The notes under the pieces are model-generated. The model was not told the DNA's origin. It made no database searches and saw only the letters and a program-made list of their open reading frames with translations. From a virus: DNA of 64,000 nucleotides. The position numbers were made by a program, and so were the translations under genes. Shown here piece by piece: positions 8,801 to 18,441 of the stretch (its first letter is position 1; the number at the start of each line of letters is the position of its first letter). The DNA is taken from the IMG/VR virus record IMGVR_UViG_3300030108_004965, positions 1 to 64,000 of that record. One strand, 5' to 3'.

Positions 8801-11186
8801 TTCCTCCTAAATTAAATCCATTTTTGCGTGTGAAACTACGACCAACTACACCACGGTAGCCTCCGTCACCGCCGTCAAGAACCAACATTGGTCTATCTAA
8901 ATTTCGGTACGCCCACAGTGTGTTTTCGGTTTCGGTTATCTCTTCCCTAGGATTGATAGAGCCTTTCATTCTTCCGTAATCCGAACTAACATACCATGTT
9001 TCTTTGTTGCCTATAAATTCATCATTCCTAGAGGCATAATCAACATAAAAAGGTTGTGGCCTTTGTCCATATGTTAAAATTGGGAAATCACAAGCAACTC
9101 CTGCTTTTATTGTATTGAATAACACGCCCGGAGCGAACAATGGTTCTAAAACTAACTGAGCGCCTATTTTTGGGTTAAAATTATCATCCGGGAACACGTT
9201 GGGGCCGTTCCCGCTCGGGCCTTGTTCTAATCGGTCTTTTAACTTCGCCGATTCAATATCGTGAGACGTTTTTACATAAGGCTGGCAAGAGTGATAGAAC
9301 ATTTCTGCCATTTGTACAGTTCTCTCTGCTGGGTAGAAACCTTCATAAGGCAAGAATTTCTTTATCGCTTTACATCTTAAAGTTATTGCGGCTGGACTTG
9401 TGAAATCTTTGTGGTCATCTACTATGATTTTAAAATGCTTCAAAAATTCACTAGTGGTATATACATTGTAGAAATTTGGATTCTCTCCCGCTGTGGTTGT
9501 GAATGTCCCTAAGGCTCCGGATAATTCAAAAATAGCCGGCAACTCATCAGTTATGGAAATTTTTTCATATGTCTCGACATGCTTGCTCATCACGAATTCA
9601 GGAACAATAGAATACCCTTTTCCTTTTAATCTTGCTTTTTCTGCGTAGTCTTCATAAGAATTGTAAAACGGCGCTTTTCCGGATTGCGATGGGACATCCC
9701 AATTAGCATTACCTAATTGCATTATGGTTTCATGAAGAAATTTATAAGTACTTCTTCCCATGTGGCTTCCCAAGAGTAAGTTACCGTTAATGTCATTTTT
9801 TATTGGTGTGTGTTGGATTGGAATCTTAGCATATCCGCAATCTTCGTTGTTCATGGATGCTTTGTTCTCGCAAGATCTAATGGAAACTAAACAATGCTCA
9901 TAGGCATATTGACAAGAAGCGGTTCCAAAGTTATCATAGTCAGCATCGAAAAGATTTCTAAAGTTATGATCAACGACTCTTTCGAAATTGTCCGCTGGAT
10001 ATTTGTTATCAATATCGAAACTCGGTATAGATAGAAAGTTACTGTATCTTTGCAACAAAATCCCGGGAGCACCAAGATCACCTGTTGTCGTACTGGTCGC
10101 TCGAATCCCTCCGGTTGCTGATTTAAAAACGTGGAAATCGGTAAGGCTCGGATTTACTGCTAGAGTGGGTAGAGATCGCTTAGCAAAGTCCTCTGGTGCA
10201 TCTAGTGCCCAAATAGATCCACTTCTGATGTTTGTTCCAAACTTAGTAACATCCACAACAGTTCTTTCAGATCTTTTGTCCTTCCAGAACTCACTCTTGA
10301 AATATAACCTCGACCTAGTATGGGATAAAAATGCAAACTTAGGCCTAGGAAAAATAGTTTGTCTATAAATCAACATTTTAAATTCATCTATTGGAGATGA
10401 ATCCTCATCTAAAGCACCATCCAGATAAAGATCTTTTAGGCTTTCGTAACTTTCATCGGTGTCCTCAAAGGTATTGTAGTATTCATTTATTTCGTTATTT
10501 GCAAAAAATGCCGTATCATTAGAAAATGTTGTGCTTATACTGGCTATGCCCGATACGCCTTTTCTGGCCGAGTATGAACCGGCTGGTGGCTCTACTGATG
10601 CGATCAAAGTCAATGGTTTATAGGTATCTGTTACCGGAGGTTCAAAAAATAATTTTAAGTCTCCATTTCTATTTATCCGTGCAACTGTTTTTCCATTGAT
10701 TACACTTTTAAATATCTCTCCCGTATCTTTTGTAAAAGAAAAAATGTTATGTTTTTTGGCCGATCTAATTAGTGGGTTTTGTGAAACTCTAATTTGTTTC
10801 CAAGTGGGATAACCATAAGGCCCGTTTCTATACGACATCAGAGCGTTAAAAATAACACCATCACTATCCGGCCACAAGGTGGAGAAATTGCTATTAAATA
10901 GATAATTTGGTAAAATTCCAAGCGATCGTATCTTTAGTTGCGCCTCTCGTATTGACGCAATGCGCAACTTATAGACTGAATGCGACAGGTGGGGGCCTCT
11001 AAAAAAAGGCGCCACAGCAGATTGCATAGTAGGGACTCCGTCGAAATTGATTTTGTCTAAAGAGTGAGCTAATCCGGGTATAGGAAAAAGCATAGAATCA
11101 TACAACTGGTTTGAGTAGTAACCATCATTTGTCACCTCATAGATAAAAGTATTTAGTCCTACAAAATCTTGATAATATTTGCTCAT
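5850..11186 (-). CDS. Giant hypothetical virion protein (1778 aa) with protamine-like basic C-terminal tail
   Basis: Long ORF directly downstream of the LamG protein; last ~90 aa are dominated by Arg and Lys. Confidence 0.7.
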   Translation of the reverse strand: MSKYYQDFVGLNTFIYEVTNDGYYSNQLYDSMLFPIPGLAHSLDKINFDGVPTMQSAVAPFFRGPHLSHSVYKLRIASIREAQLKIRSLGILPNYLFNSNFSTLWPDSDGVIFNALMSYRNGPYGYPTWKQIRVSQNPLIRSAKKHNIFSFTKDTGEIFKSVINGKTVARINRNGDLKLFFEPPVTDTYKPLTLIASVEPPAGSYSARKGVSGIASISTTFSNDTAFFANNEINEYYNTFEDTDESYESLKDLYLDGALDEDSSPIDEFKMLIYRQTIFPRPKFAFLSHTRSRLYFKSEFWKDKRSERTVVDVTKFGTNIRSGSIWALDAPEDFAKRSLPTLAVNPSLTDFHVFKSATGGIRATSTTTGDLGAPGILLQRYSNFLSIPSFDIDNKYPADNFERVVDHNFRNLFDADYDNFGTASCQYAYEHCLVSIRSCENKASMNNEDCGYAKIPIQHTPIKNDINGNLLLGSHMGRSTYKFLHETIMQLGNANWDVPSQSGKAPFYNSYEDYAEKARLKGKGYSIVPEFVMSKHVETYEKISITDELPAIFELSGALGTFTTTAGENPNFYNVYTTSEFLKHFKIIVDDHKDFTSPAAITLRCKAIKKFLPYEGFYPAERTVQMAEMFYHSCQPYVKTSHDIESAKLKDRLEQGPSGNGPNVFPDDNFNPKIGAQLVLEPLFAPGVLFNTIKAGVACDFPILTYGQRPQPFYVDYASRNDEFIGNKETWYVSSDYGRMKGSINPREEITETENTLWAYRNLDRPMLVLDGGDGGYRGVVGRSFTRKNGFNLGGMYDRRVPFEALLEPERYLAGVDLISQQPSPASISNLGGLNIHANWSGVGDEIYKKFANNFLAEVPEFFLEGQNFSTIASAESGDPSFGNAKSGSFYGMRIKMYRTMSGPKTGLLGFDGELVTPPQVLRGVSIEQRDFLNTTNGSNIQMYSRPSAFGPPTWGCGGTGFFFYRKAVSADAEPVVKLTPPPVEYSENTSDSTEGYNMPYTPPYYDGEGWCDLLFEATETKKYTLDEILKQVKDFPYYTRFWWNGINDALRDLTGYNVPETASVARCLMREHYWEAYGPNRKLKGPYENYKSEFGCPWSNLIFDSRAARFSRDTVGPYPTWVLDLSSLGRDEKTQALISALPQGVNDGDFDPGFEHDLDLGRRFPFKVEPEQQVDKDINQGGILPATFTDWGDQRYTDGWHQFSGAWAGPPTMMRPGLIPDRLQSVDTPGPALSRQMHNQFNHYKRMGTSYMVKMLGTDIYQKNTVFTHPDFLVLLPQYVYGPQHPFYINSNAMQLNSSLNLFTKGKIRKQNLAGDFSSVKQDVATSTTNDSKSRWIIQSKFETPILNFIKYREKERDGKAVITTPRNGFGHTPRGMWHQYGEIPSGSNEGIFMQVTDIPYSWLKGALGVTRTKRKVKSLADLVGFSKKPVRLGEIAKAKEIGELVVAVPFVERDNERVFFSLARADIERAISGLNKEVRPGIYIDEKGNRVRPPLVGNSVLNQVRMMKKYNFPPSMDFVKYKQVDPFAAYCFEFTHKLDKQDLADIWQNLPPKIGRNFQEATATVSHQLLAKDLLGKGAEVSKSIKGDSSSIFDINEPGPGIDPEIQWMVFKCKKKAATNYYDKVLVKKGTTRKTKEFKLENVKNTAVGSNDEITFNWPYDFFSLVELVKIDAQVTFADLQPESEQPIPKPKRKSLERRKLRRKKRIMRGKKRGGRKRRLRDRVRKWWQKRDTREERRELRRQRREKRQENRQERKNKRKNRRKDRKKKRKSRRNK

Positions 11187-11187
11187 T

Positions 11188-14100
11188 TTATTCTCCGTAT
11201 AATGATGATGCTGATGGGAAGTTTATGGCCGGTATTTCTCTGCTCAATGCACCGCCTCCGACGACAATCAATTTTCCGTTTTTTGGTGCGATTCCTCTTA
11301 GTTGCTGGTTATTCATCCAGTTTTCAGAACCAGATACAGCGGAATTGATCCAAGAGTATTGAAAATCCGAGGCAGGAATTGGTGTGACCACAAATTCATT
11401 ATTATGTTGTTTTTTGTCTGCTGTTTCATAAACAGCATAAGGTCCCGTCCGTATTGATATAGCATTAACAGTCGCGACTGTTAATGCATTTTTTCCTATC
11501 TCAGACCTGATCGTTGCGCCCACCGCAACGGGATCACCTACATTTAATGACTCAACTGTCGGCTCAGTCCCAAGCGTCCAATAATCCAAAAGGAACTGTA
11601 CCTTGCTGTGGCCTGTTGCTTTTCCATCTTGTTCGTACAAGTCCAATGCTTGTTTTGGGTCAAGTTCACAATTCCAAATTGCAAAATTTGCTAATGAACC
11701 CTGTAGTTCCATAGTAGGAGAGGCGGTTTTGTCATCAAATAAATAAATTTCATCTATAATAAGTCTATCGCCCGGATTGTTATCATCCCTAACCATTTCA
11801 ATTGTAGATCCATTGATGTATATAACCGGATCACTAAAGAAAGAACCATCCCAAGAAAGAACCACAAATTTCCAAATGTCAACACCAAAAAGATCACTAG
11901 AGGTAAGTACCGAGAGCCAAGAATTAACCCCAACTGCTCCAGCGGGGTCTACAGAGAGGACGGTAAACTTAAGTTTGCCCGTGCCAGAGTAATCGATTTT
12001 AATGTCAACAACTACGCGACTTGAGTGGTCTCTGCCGGCGAAAATTGTCTGATCCCCACTGCTCGCGTTATCTAAATTAATCCAAAAACTAAATGACAAA
12101 GGGCCGCGATCTGTGCTTGAGTACCCAATGGAGCTTGTATTTGAAATGTATGCAAAATCTGTTGTTGTTGCAGCGGAACGAAGTGCATTCCTTAATGACC
12201 CTTCGTTTGTGATTCGAGGCGTAACTAAAGCATTCCTGTGTTGCTTATAAAATGAGGCTTCGGCATCATAATTATCTGCCGATATAGAACCGTGAACACT
12301 ATCAATCCCAAACTTTCCACAATGACGACTCAATAATGTTCTTAATCCTTCGCGGCGAAGGGCATGTGAACTTACACGAATTGTACCAGATTCTCCAGAA
12401 CCAGAACCTCTTACTGTTAAGTTTCTATAATTTATAGAATTATGAACAGAAAATTGCTGTGTCGCTATGTCTAAATATCCTGTAGAATTTATCTCGGGTC
12501 CTCCGGGGGCGGAGAATCTTGTTGTTATAAAGTTTTTGGAACTTTGAGATAATGGGTTTGGTATCTCTCGGACCGTGTCAAGACCTAGGAGCGTAGTGGA
12601 GGCCTCATCGACACCATTATTAGCTGTTACGCTTACGGCATTGGAGGGCGGCATGTTCCAAGCAGGAATCGGGCCACTAGAACGACTTACAGTCAGTGAA
12701 TTACCTGAGGTTCCTGCTTGGGCTTGTTCTACGACGTGGATTCGGGCCGACGCAGTCGACGACGTAAGCCTGACAATAGACACCTTTCCATTATGACCAC
12801 TAGAGCCTTCAACTGCTGTTCTGATTTCTGTTATGATAGTATGCCCATTTAGGCTGGATATTTGAATCACAACATTTGTACCGTCTAAATCACCAGAACT
12901 AAAGGCCCCACCATTTTTAAATTTATACGTTTTGGAAGTTCCGTCTGCTGAAGTTATGACAAAAACAAAATTGTGTAATTGAGGGAATGTACCTCCTGCT
13001 ACAAAACCAAGATCAATCTGAACATAGGCGTTTTGAATAGCACTAGTGATAAGAGTTTGGCTTTCGATAGGTTGTCTATTGTTTGTTATTTGACCAAAAC
13101 TGTAATGTTGTTGTCCGAAGAAATTTCCAAACGGAAGAGGAGATTGACCAACAAGAGTCATATAGTGTGTTGTTGAATTAAGAGTTTGTGCCCTAGAATA
13201 AGCCCAAGTTGGTAAAAGTGAAGATGTCGTCTCACGTAAATATCCCCTTTGAGAACCAAAGCTAGACAAGAAATCGTAAGGCATTCGATAATTACCTTGG
13301 ACATAGGAATTTGTTGATGATTGTATGTTTCTTATGTTAACTACGCTCTTTGTTCTACCTTCTCTGTAGTAAATTGCCATTTGTCTTGTTTTATCTGGGT
13401 AAGGCCCTCCATAATCAGGGCCGACAAATCCGATGGCACCATCGCCAGACTCAGAGTCGCCAGACAATAATCGCCAAGCTTCTGGTCTTGTGTATTGCCC
13501 ATCAAGATTGTTTGGGGTGCTGAGATCTGCATTAAATCTGTTGACTGGTATATGTCTATTCTGTCGACCTCCCACATGAGTTTGTGTGAATGGACCCTGC
13601 ATTGGGATTTCGTTCGATAAATCTGTGGTGTCCGAATGGAGATTAACGATTGACGATCCAGTATCAAATGTTTGGGTTATTGAATTATATCCGGTGGTTA
13701 ATGATCCAGACTTTATGTTTGCCGGCCAGTATTTAGATGCCTTTAGGATGTTCGAGAAAGACTCGATGTCACTCAAGGGATCTCCTGCTGTGGAGCCTAT
13801 AAACTTCCCAGCATAAATTGTAGCATCATAGTACACTTTTCGTAAAGGATCTGTGTCATCGTCGCACTTTTGTTTTTCTAAAATACCGGAACCTATACCT
13901 AGGCCTATACCGAAAACATTTTTAGGTGCACCAGATGCACCTTTTGCTCCATGTGGGGTGATAGTGCTTTTGAAGAAATCTCTATCTTTTTGTTTATTGT
14001 AGTTGATACCACCGTGTATTGTGTTTGCAAAATCAATCGTAAGTCTATACGGTTTAGTTAATTTTCTTACTGCGTATGTTGATCCCTCGTAGACTGTCAA

Positions 14101-17100
14101 ATCGGTTGTCGCTAGTTTTGTGCCTTTTTCCCTGTTAACTTGCGTCTCTAGAACTTCACGAATCTTTTCTCGGTCAGGAATGTCTGTTCTTTTTTGTCTT
14201 TCTTTGCGCCACAAACAATTGTTATCGCCTTCTGAAATAAAACCTGTGCCTCTAAGGAAGCCAACGTGTTCTTCTATGCTCAGGTCACCTTCGCTTCCGC
14301 CCGGGTCATTGAACACGTCCAAGTCATAATTTCCCATCAGGTCCTTAATCTGTTGGTGGTCTGCGGCAGAATCGCCGGGCAAGTCACCAAAGCGATAATG
14401 CGCCACTACGGATCCTAAGTTCGAATATTCTAATATGTCAAAATAATTTCCGCCATTATAAATCTCCTGCACTTGGTCGTTTGTTATGGTACCCCTTATA
14501 AACCCAGCTTCATCTATTGCGTAATCAACTTGGCTACTGGGTAAAGAAAGTACTCTAAAGTCCTCTACTTCCCTTATGGTAGTGGATCCCCAGCCGGATC
14601 CGGGAACAGTTGAGGATGCAGTTTTTGGTTGACCGTTAACCCAGAGTTTGATAGCGGCATCACTAGACCCCTCTGATCTATCGTTCATGAATATCAGATG
14701 AAACCATTTTGACGAAATATCGACCTCAGTAGGAAAGTACCATGTTTTAATTTTACTACTATCGTCATACAAAATCACTTTTATTCTGCTATTTTCTGGA
14801 TCTATATTGATGTTAACAGCCGGGGTCAGCCCTTTCCTGAAAGATAGCATCGTCGGAGTGGCGACACTTGGGTTTGGGACGTAAAACCATCCATAAAAAC
14901 AGTAGTCTGTGTTGCTTGATCCAAGGCGAGGCGAGATAGAAGCAGCAGTATCCAAACATTTGTTCACTCCTCCGCCGGTGTTCTTCCCTATGTTGAGGTA
15001 CTTATTGCTCGGGTATACATAAAGGTCTTGTGGGGCATGTCCAAATTTCCAATTATAGAGCAGTTCATTGATACCTGTGGCCGCACCCTCAGTACTTTCA
15101 ATTGTTTTGACTAAACCAATTCTTCTTTGTAATTTATTTCTCTCTAGCATATGTGAATCAATGACATCTGTGACTCCATCGCCAAAATTAACAGAAGCCG
15201 GTACAAGCTGCAGTATCATTTCTGATACGGCTTGATCTATCCATTTATAGTACTTTATAAACTTTTCTCTATCGACGTCAGACTCTACATTTTCGAAAAA
15301 ATGAGCACGTACAGCATCTAATCTCTTGTAGTTTGGTCGATAAAGATCCACAGGTCTCCCAATAAGATTTGAGAACTCATGGATACTAGAAAACATCTTT
15401 AGCATCTCTTCCGAAACAACTTGATTTATGCTTTTCTCAACCATGTAGAAATTATCACTAACATCTTCATCTTTTATAAAATACTTCTGCCTGTCTCCTT
15501 TTATGAAAACATTGTCATTAGAAAAGGATATCTCTGGTAGTTCTTTTTTGAGTGCGTAAAGATAATTGTTCTTAAGAAAACCAGACGAGGTGGGTCCTCT
15601 ATTGAACCTATAGCCTTCACCTTTGTTTTCTCTGCGAATTACGTTATCAATCCAGCCATAAATGTTGTCCGTTGACCCACTTGTTAAGTCATCAACTAGA
15701 AACTCACCTGAGCCATCTGATCCCGTGACTGTATCAAAATCCCAATTTAAAATCATTAAATCTTGCGAAGGTATTTGTTTATTTTCTATCGTGAACATGT
15801 TAGATTCACCGTAAGATTTTAAATTACCAAAATTAGAAGGATCTTTGTTGTGTTGCCTTATGATGTCGTTCCCAACATAATCAAACCAACCTCTTACTGC
15901 TCCAAGTTCAATGTCAGAGTTCTCTAAAACACTGCCGGTGAAGTTCTGTAATCGAGCACCAGCATACACACGCTTCGCATTAGACAGAAAAGCAGACCCA
16001 GAATAATTATTTATTGTCGCGCTTAATAAAACTTCATTTTCTACAATATCAAAATTGTGGTTCACTGCGTAAAATTCTACAACATAATCAGTTGGAGTGG
16101 CAGGGTTTCCTACAACATTACCAGCGTATGGATATGTACTTGGCTTGATTCTCAAGGCTAAGTTCCAATGATTATTATCATAGATTTCCTCAAATGTATC
16201 AGAAATCAAATGAATACTTTCTTCTTGATTTTTGACAACAAAGTGAGCATCTTTTGAGGTTAAACTATTTTTTACAAGCCACACGGACAGATTCGCTGAT
16301 CCTGTTGACCAAGTATAATCAGTTACATCTGTGTCTATTGCTTGTCTAAAACCAAAGATAGAAGAAGAGATGAATGTGTTGCTGTAATAGCCTTCATCTT
16401 CTACTTCTTTTTTGTATGGCACCACTATGTCTGCTTCGAGCGTGAAAGCGTTATTTGACCCATTATTGCTCGATGTAGAACCGCTTATAAAGGTAAAGAC
16501 ATTATTAACAGAGGACGTTTGATAAATTGTCGCATCATAATACGAAGTGTCGTTAAAATTTATGTATTTCTTTTTTACGGATGTATCCTTAGACTTATCA
16601 GAGAAATAATGTAAACCACCATCCGTATACATGTTCAATTTGATTATTTCATCATCTATACCAAAACATCTTATTAGGTTTCTTATTGATTTCTCGGTAC
16701 CTTTTGATTTGTAGATTGCTTCGAGATTATTGTAAATGTTTATGTATATTAAATTTCTTATGTCACTTAAGTTTTTTTCAAAGTTTATAGCATCAAAATT
16801 AACTTGATCATAAAGTTCATAAATTTTTGAATCTATAAACAAGTCTTTAACAATAAAGCCTTTTTCTGAGAGTAGTTCTTTTGCAAAAGGGATCGGTTTA
16901 TACGTATCAAGAACGTAATTCTTATTTTTTAAATTAGACATTGCTGTTATTTGAGCATGCAATGTGTCAAAGTAACTGGCTAAGATTTGTGAGATGTTTT
17001 TTAAATTTAACCCATTGTCTCCGTCTTCTTCCGTAATCCAGTTGGGAAAAGTATTGTAAAATGATCCTTGATATTCTGCATCATAATCTGAACCGCTGGT

Positions 17101-18441
17101 TGTCATCTCTGCCTCTAGAGCAACGACATCCGGATGTGTAGAATAAATTATGGGATCCTTACTCTCTGTGAGATTACTGTTAGACAATTCAATCGCAGAA
17201 GTAGTCAATCTGGAATTAGTTGTGTTAGAGTATCCTATCCAAGTTCCGTTGGCTACGCGCCCGGAATAATCCAAAACAACAGAGTCTGTATTGTTATTAC
17301 CAGTAATCCCTTCGTTGAACTTAAAATATACACCCAAGTCCTGAACATCATTATCTGTGTTCATTCCTCCGCCGATCTGCCTAAACCAATTGAGGCCGAT
17401 CTGCCGACCTGTTCTTGCTTTTTTCCAAAACCGAAACTCATCTAAGGAGCCAGATAATTTACCTGATCCTACTGCGTTGACCGTGGTGGAAGCATGAGTA
17501 TTGGTAGCCTGTAGCGCTCCAATATAGCCGTTCAAAAGACCTTGGAAAGCAGGTATCACCGCTCCAGCATTTAGTTCAGAACTTTTGTGAGACTGTCCGT
17601 CTATATAAAAATCCATTTGGTATAGGTTTGCAGCAGATCCTTCGGAAACAGTAAAGGCATAATGGTGCCACTGCGCGATGTCACTATCAGATAAAATTTC
17701 ACTAATAAATGAACCGGGGAAGCCATTGTTATCGTTGAAGTAGGTTAGTTTAAATCTGTTTTGGTTTGCGACAGTTTTTTCAAGTTTGATTTGAAATCTA
17801 CTATACGAATTTGAAGACGCATATGGGTCAACCCCATTCCACACATCCAAAATTACCATGTGATTAGATTTGGACATATCAAAATCTGGTATTTTTAACC
17901 AAAACTCTACGGTAGATCCACTAGTGGGATTGATAGACCAATTTTGTGTTCTATTTAGGCTCTCATCATACTTGCCTGATTTGTGAAATGTTTCCCTTAA
18001 TGGTACACCAACCATACCAGCAGAAGCAGTATGAATACCACCCCAGACACGGATAAATTCATTTGTTGTTGTTTTTCCATAACCTTCAGCATCTTTTCCC
18101 CCTTGGTATCCGGTTGTCCCCAGTGTTACATGTCCAGTCGTTTTTGGATATTTCGTGGTATACATCCACCTATCTAAATACGAAGAGGATTGATGAAATT
18201 TTATTTTTTCTGTCTTTGATCCGTCATACGGAAACTCATTGTAAATCCTCTTGATAGAATTAGAGTAATATAATTCTGCTGATCCGTACTTTACGAAGTT
18301 TGATGCGGATGCAAAATCGATTGGGGGTAGATATGTTAATCTCTCCTCAACAACAGCATCGGCATAAGATGTAGATTCCAAATCAACACTTGCGGATTGA
18401 AAACTCTGAAAGGATTTGCCAAAAAGATTTTTAATACTCAT
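11188..18441 (-). CDS. Multi-LamG (concanavalin A-like) baseplate/tail-associated protein (2417 aa)
   Basis: Four LamG-like segments: TVEFWLK...WHHYAFT...FYIDG...LDEFRFWKKART; FTLEADI...WNLALRI; FYGWFYV...WFHLIF...LWVNGQ...IDEAGF; FSFWINLD...WKFVVLSWDG...IYING...LANFAIWNCEL. Confidence 0.8.
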   Translation of the reverse strand: MSIKNLFGKSFQSFQSASVDLESTSYADAVVEERLTYLPPIDFASASNFVKYGSAELYYSNSIKRIYNEFPYDGSKTEKIKFHQSSSYLDRWMYTTKYPKTTGHVTLGTTGYQGGKDAEGYGKTTTNEFIRVWGGIHTASAGMVGVPLRETFHKSGKYDESLNRTQNWSINPTSGSTVEFWLKIPDFDMSKSNHMVILDVWNGVDPYASSNSYSRFQIKLEKTVANQNRFKLTYFNDNNGFPGSFISEILSDSDIAQWHHYAFTVSEGSAANLYQMDFYIDGQSHKSSELNAGAVIPAFQGLLNGYIGALQATNTHASTTVNAVGSGKLSGSLDEFRFWKKARTGRQIGLNWFRQIGGGMNTDNDVQDLGVYFKFNEGITGNNNTDSVVLDYSGRVANGTWIGYSNTTNSRLTTSAIELSNSNLTESKDPIIYSTHPDVVALEAEMTTSGSDYDAEYQGSFYNTFPNWITEEDGDNGLNLKNISQILASYFDTLHAQITAMSNLKNKNYVLDTYKPIPFAKELLSEKGFIVKDLFIDSKIYELYDQVNFDAINFEKNLSDIRNLIYINIYNNLEAIYKSKGTEKSIRNLIRCFGIDDEIIKLNMYTDGGLHYFSDKSKDTSVKKKYINFNDTSYYDATIYQTSSVNNVFTFISGSTSSNNGSNNAFTLEADIVVPYKKEVEDEGYYSNTFISSSIFGFRQAIDTDVTDYTWSTGSANLSVWLVKNSLTSKDAHFVVKNQEESIHLISDTFEEIYDNNHWNLALRIKPSTYPYAGNVVGNPATPTDYVVEFYAVNHNFDIVENEVLLSATINNYSGSAFLSNAKRVYAGARLQNFTGSVLENSDIELGAVRGWFDYVGNDIIRQHNKDPSNFGNLKSYGESNMFTIENKQIPSQDLMILNWDFDTVTGSDGSGEFLVDDLTSGSTDNIYGWIDNVIRRENKGEGYRFNRGPTSSGFLKNNYLYALKKELPEISFSNDNVFIKGDRQKYFIKDEDVSDNFYMVEKSINQVVSEEMLKMFSSIHEFSNLIGRPVDLYRPNYKRLDAVRAHFFENVESDVDREKFIKYYKWIDQAVSEMILQLVPASVNFGDGVTDVIDSHMLERNKLQRRIGLVKTIESTEGAATGINELLYNWKFGHAPQDLYVYPSNKYLNIGKNTGGGVNKCLDTAASISPRLGSSNTDYCFYGWFYVPNPSVATPTMLSFRKGLTPAVNINIDPENSRIKVILYDDSSKIKTWYFPTEVDISSKWFHLIFMNDRSEGSSDAAIKLWVNGQPKTASSTVPGSGWGSTTIREVEDFRVLSLPSSQVDYAIDEAGFIRGTITNDQVQEIYNGGNYFDILEYSNLGSVVAHYRFGDLPGDSAADHQQIKDLMGNYDLDVFNDPGGSEGDLSIEEHVGFLRGTGFISEGDNNCLWRKERQKRTDIPDREKIREVLETQVNREKGTKLATTDLTVYEGSTYAVRKLTKPYRLTIDFANTIHGGINYNKQKDRDFFKSTITPHGAKGASGAPKNVFGIGLGIGSGILEKQKCDDDTDPLRKVYYDATIYAGKFIGSTAGDPLSDIESFSNILKASKYWPANIKSGSLTTGYNSITQTFDTGSSIVNLHSDTTDLSNEIPMQGPFTQTHVGGRQNRHIPVNRFNADLSTPNNLDGQYTRPEAWRLLSGDSESGDGAIGFVGPDYGGPYPDKTRQMAIYYREGRTKSVVNIRNIQSSTNSYVQGNYRMPYDFLSSFGSQRGYLRETTSSLLPTWAYSRAQTLNSTTHYMTLVGQSPLPFGNFFGQQHYSFGQITNNRQPIESQTLITSAIQNAYVQIDLGFVAGGTFPQLHNFVFVITSADGTSKTYKFKNGGAFSSGDLDGTNVVIQISSLNGHTIITEIRTAVEGSSGHNGKVSIVRLTSSTASARIHVVEQAQAGTSGNSLTVSRSSGPIPAWNMPPSNAVSVTANNGVDEASTTLLGLDTVREIPNPLSQSSKNFITTRFSAPGGPEINSTGYLDIATQQFSVHNSINYRNLTVRGSGSGESGTIRVSSHALRREGLRTLLSRHCGKFGIDSVHGSISADNYDAEASFYKQHRNALVTPRITNEGSLRNALRSAATTTDFAYISNTSSIGYSSTDRGPLSFSFWINLDNASSGDQTIFAGRDHSSRVVVDIKIDYSGTGKLKFTVLSVDPAGAVGVNSWLSVLTSSDLFGVDIWKFVVLSWDGSFFSDPVIYINGSTIEMVRDDNNPGDRLIIDEIYLFDDKTASPTMELQGSLANFAIWNCELDPKQALDLYEQDGKATGHSKVQFLLDYWTLGTEPTVESLNVGDPVAVGATIRSEIGKNALTVATVNAISIRTGPYAVYETADKKQHNNEFVVTPIPASDFQYSWINSAVSGSENWMNNQQLRGIAPKNGKLIVVGGGALSREIPAINFPSASSLYGE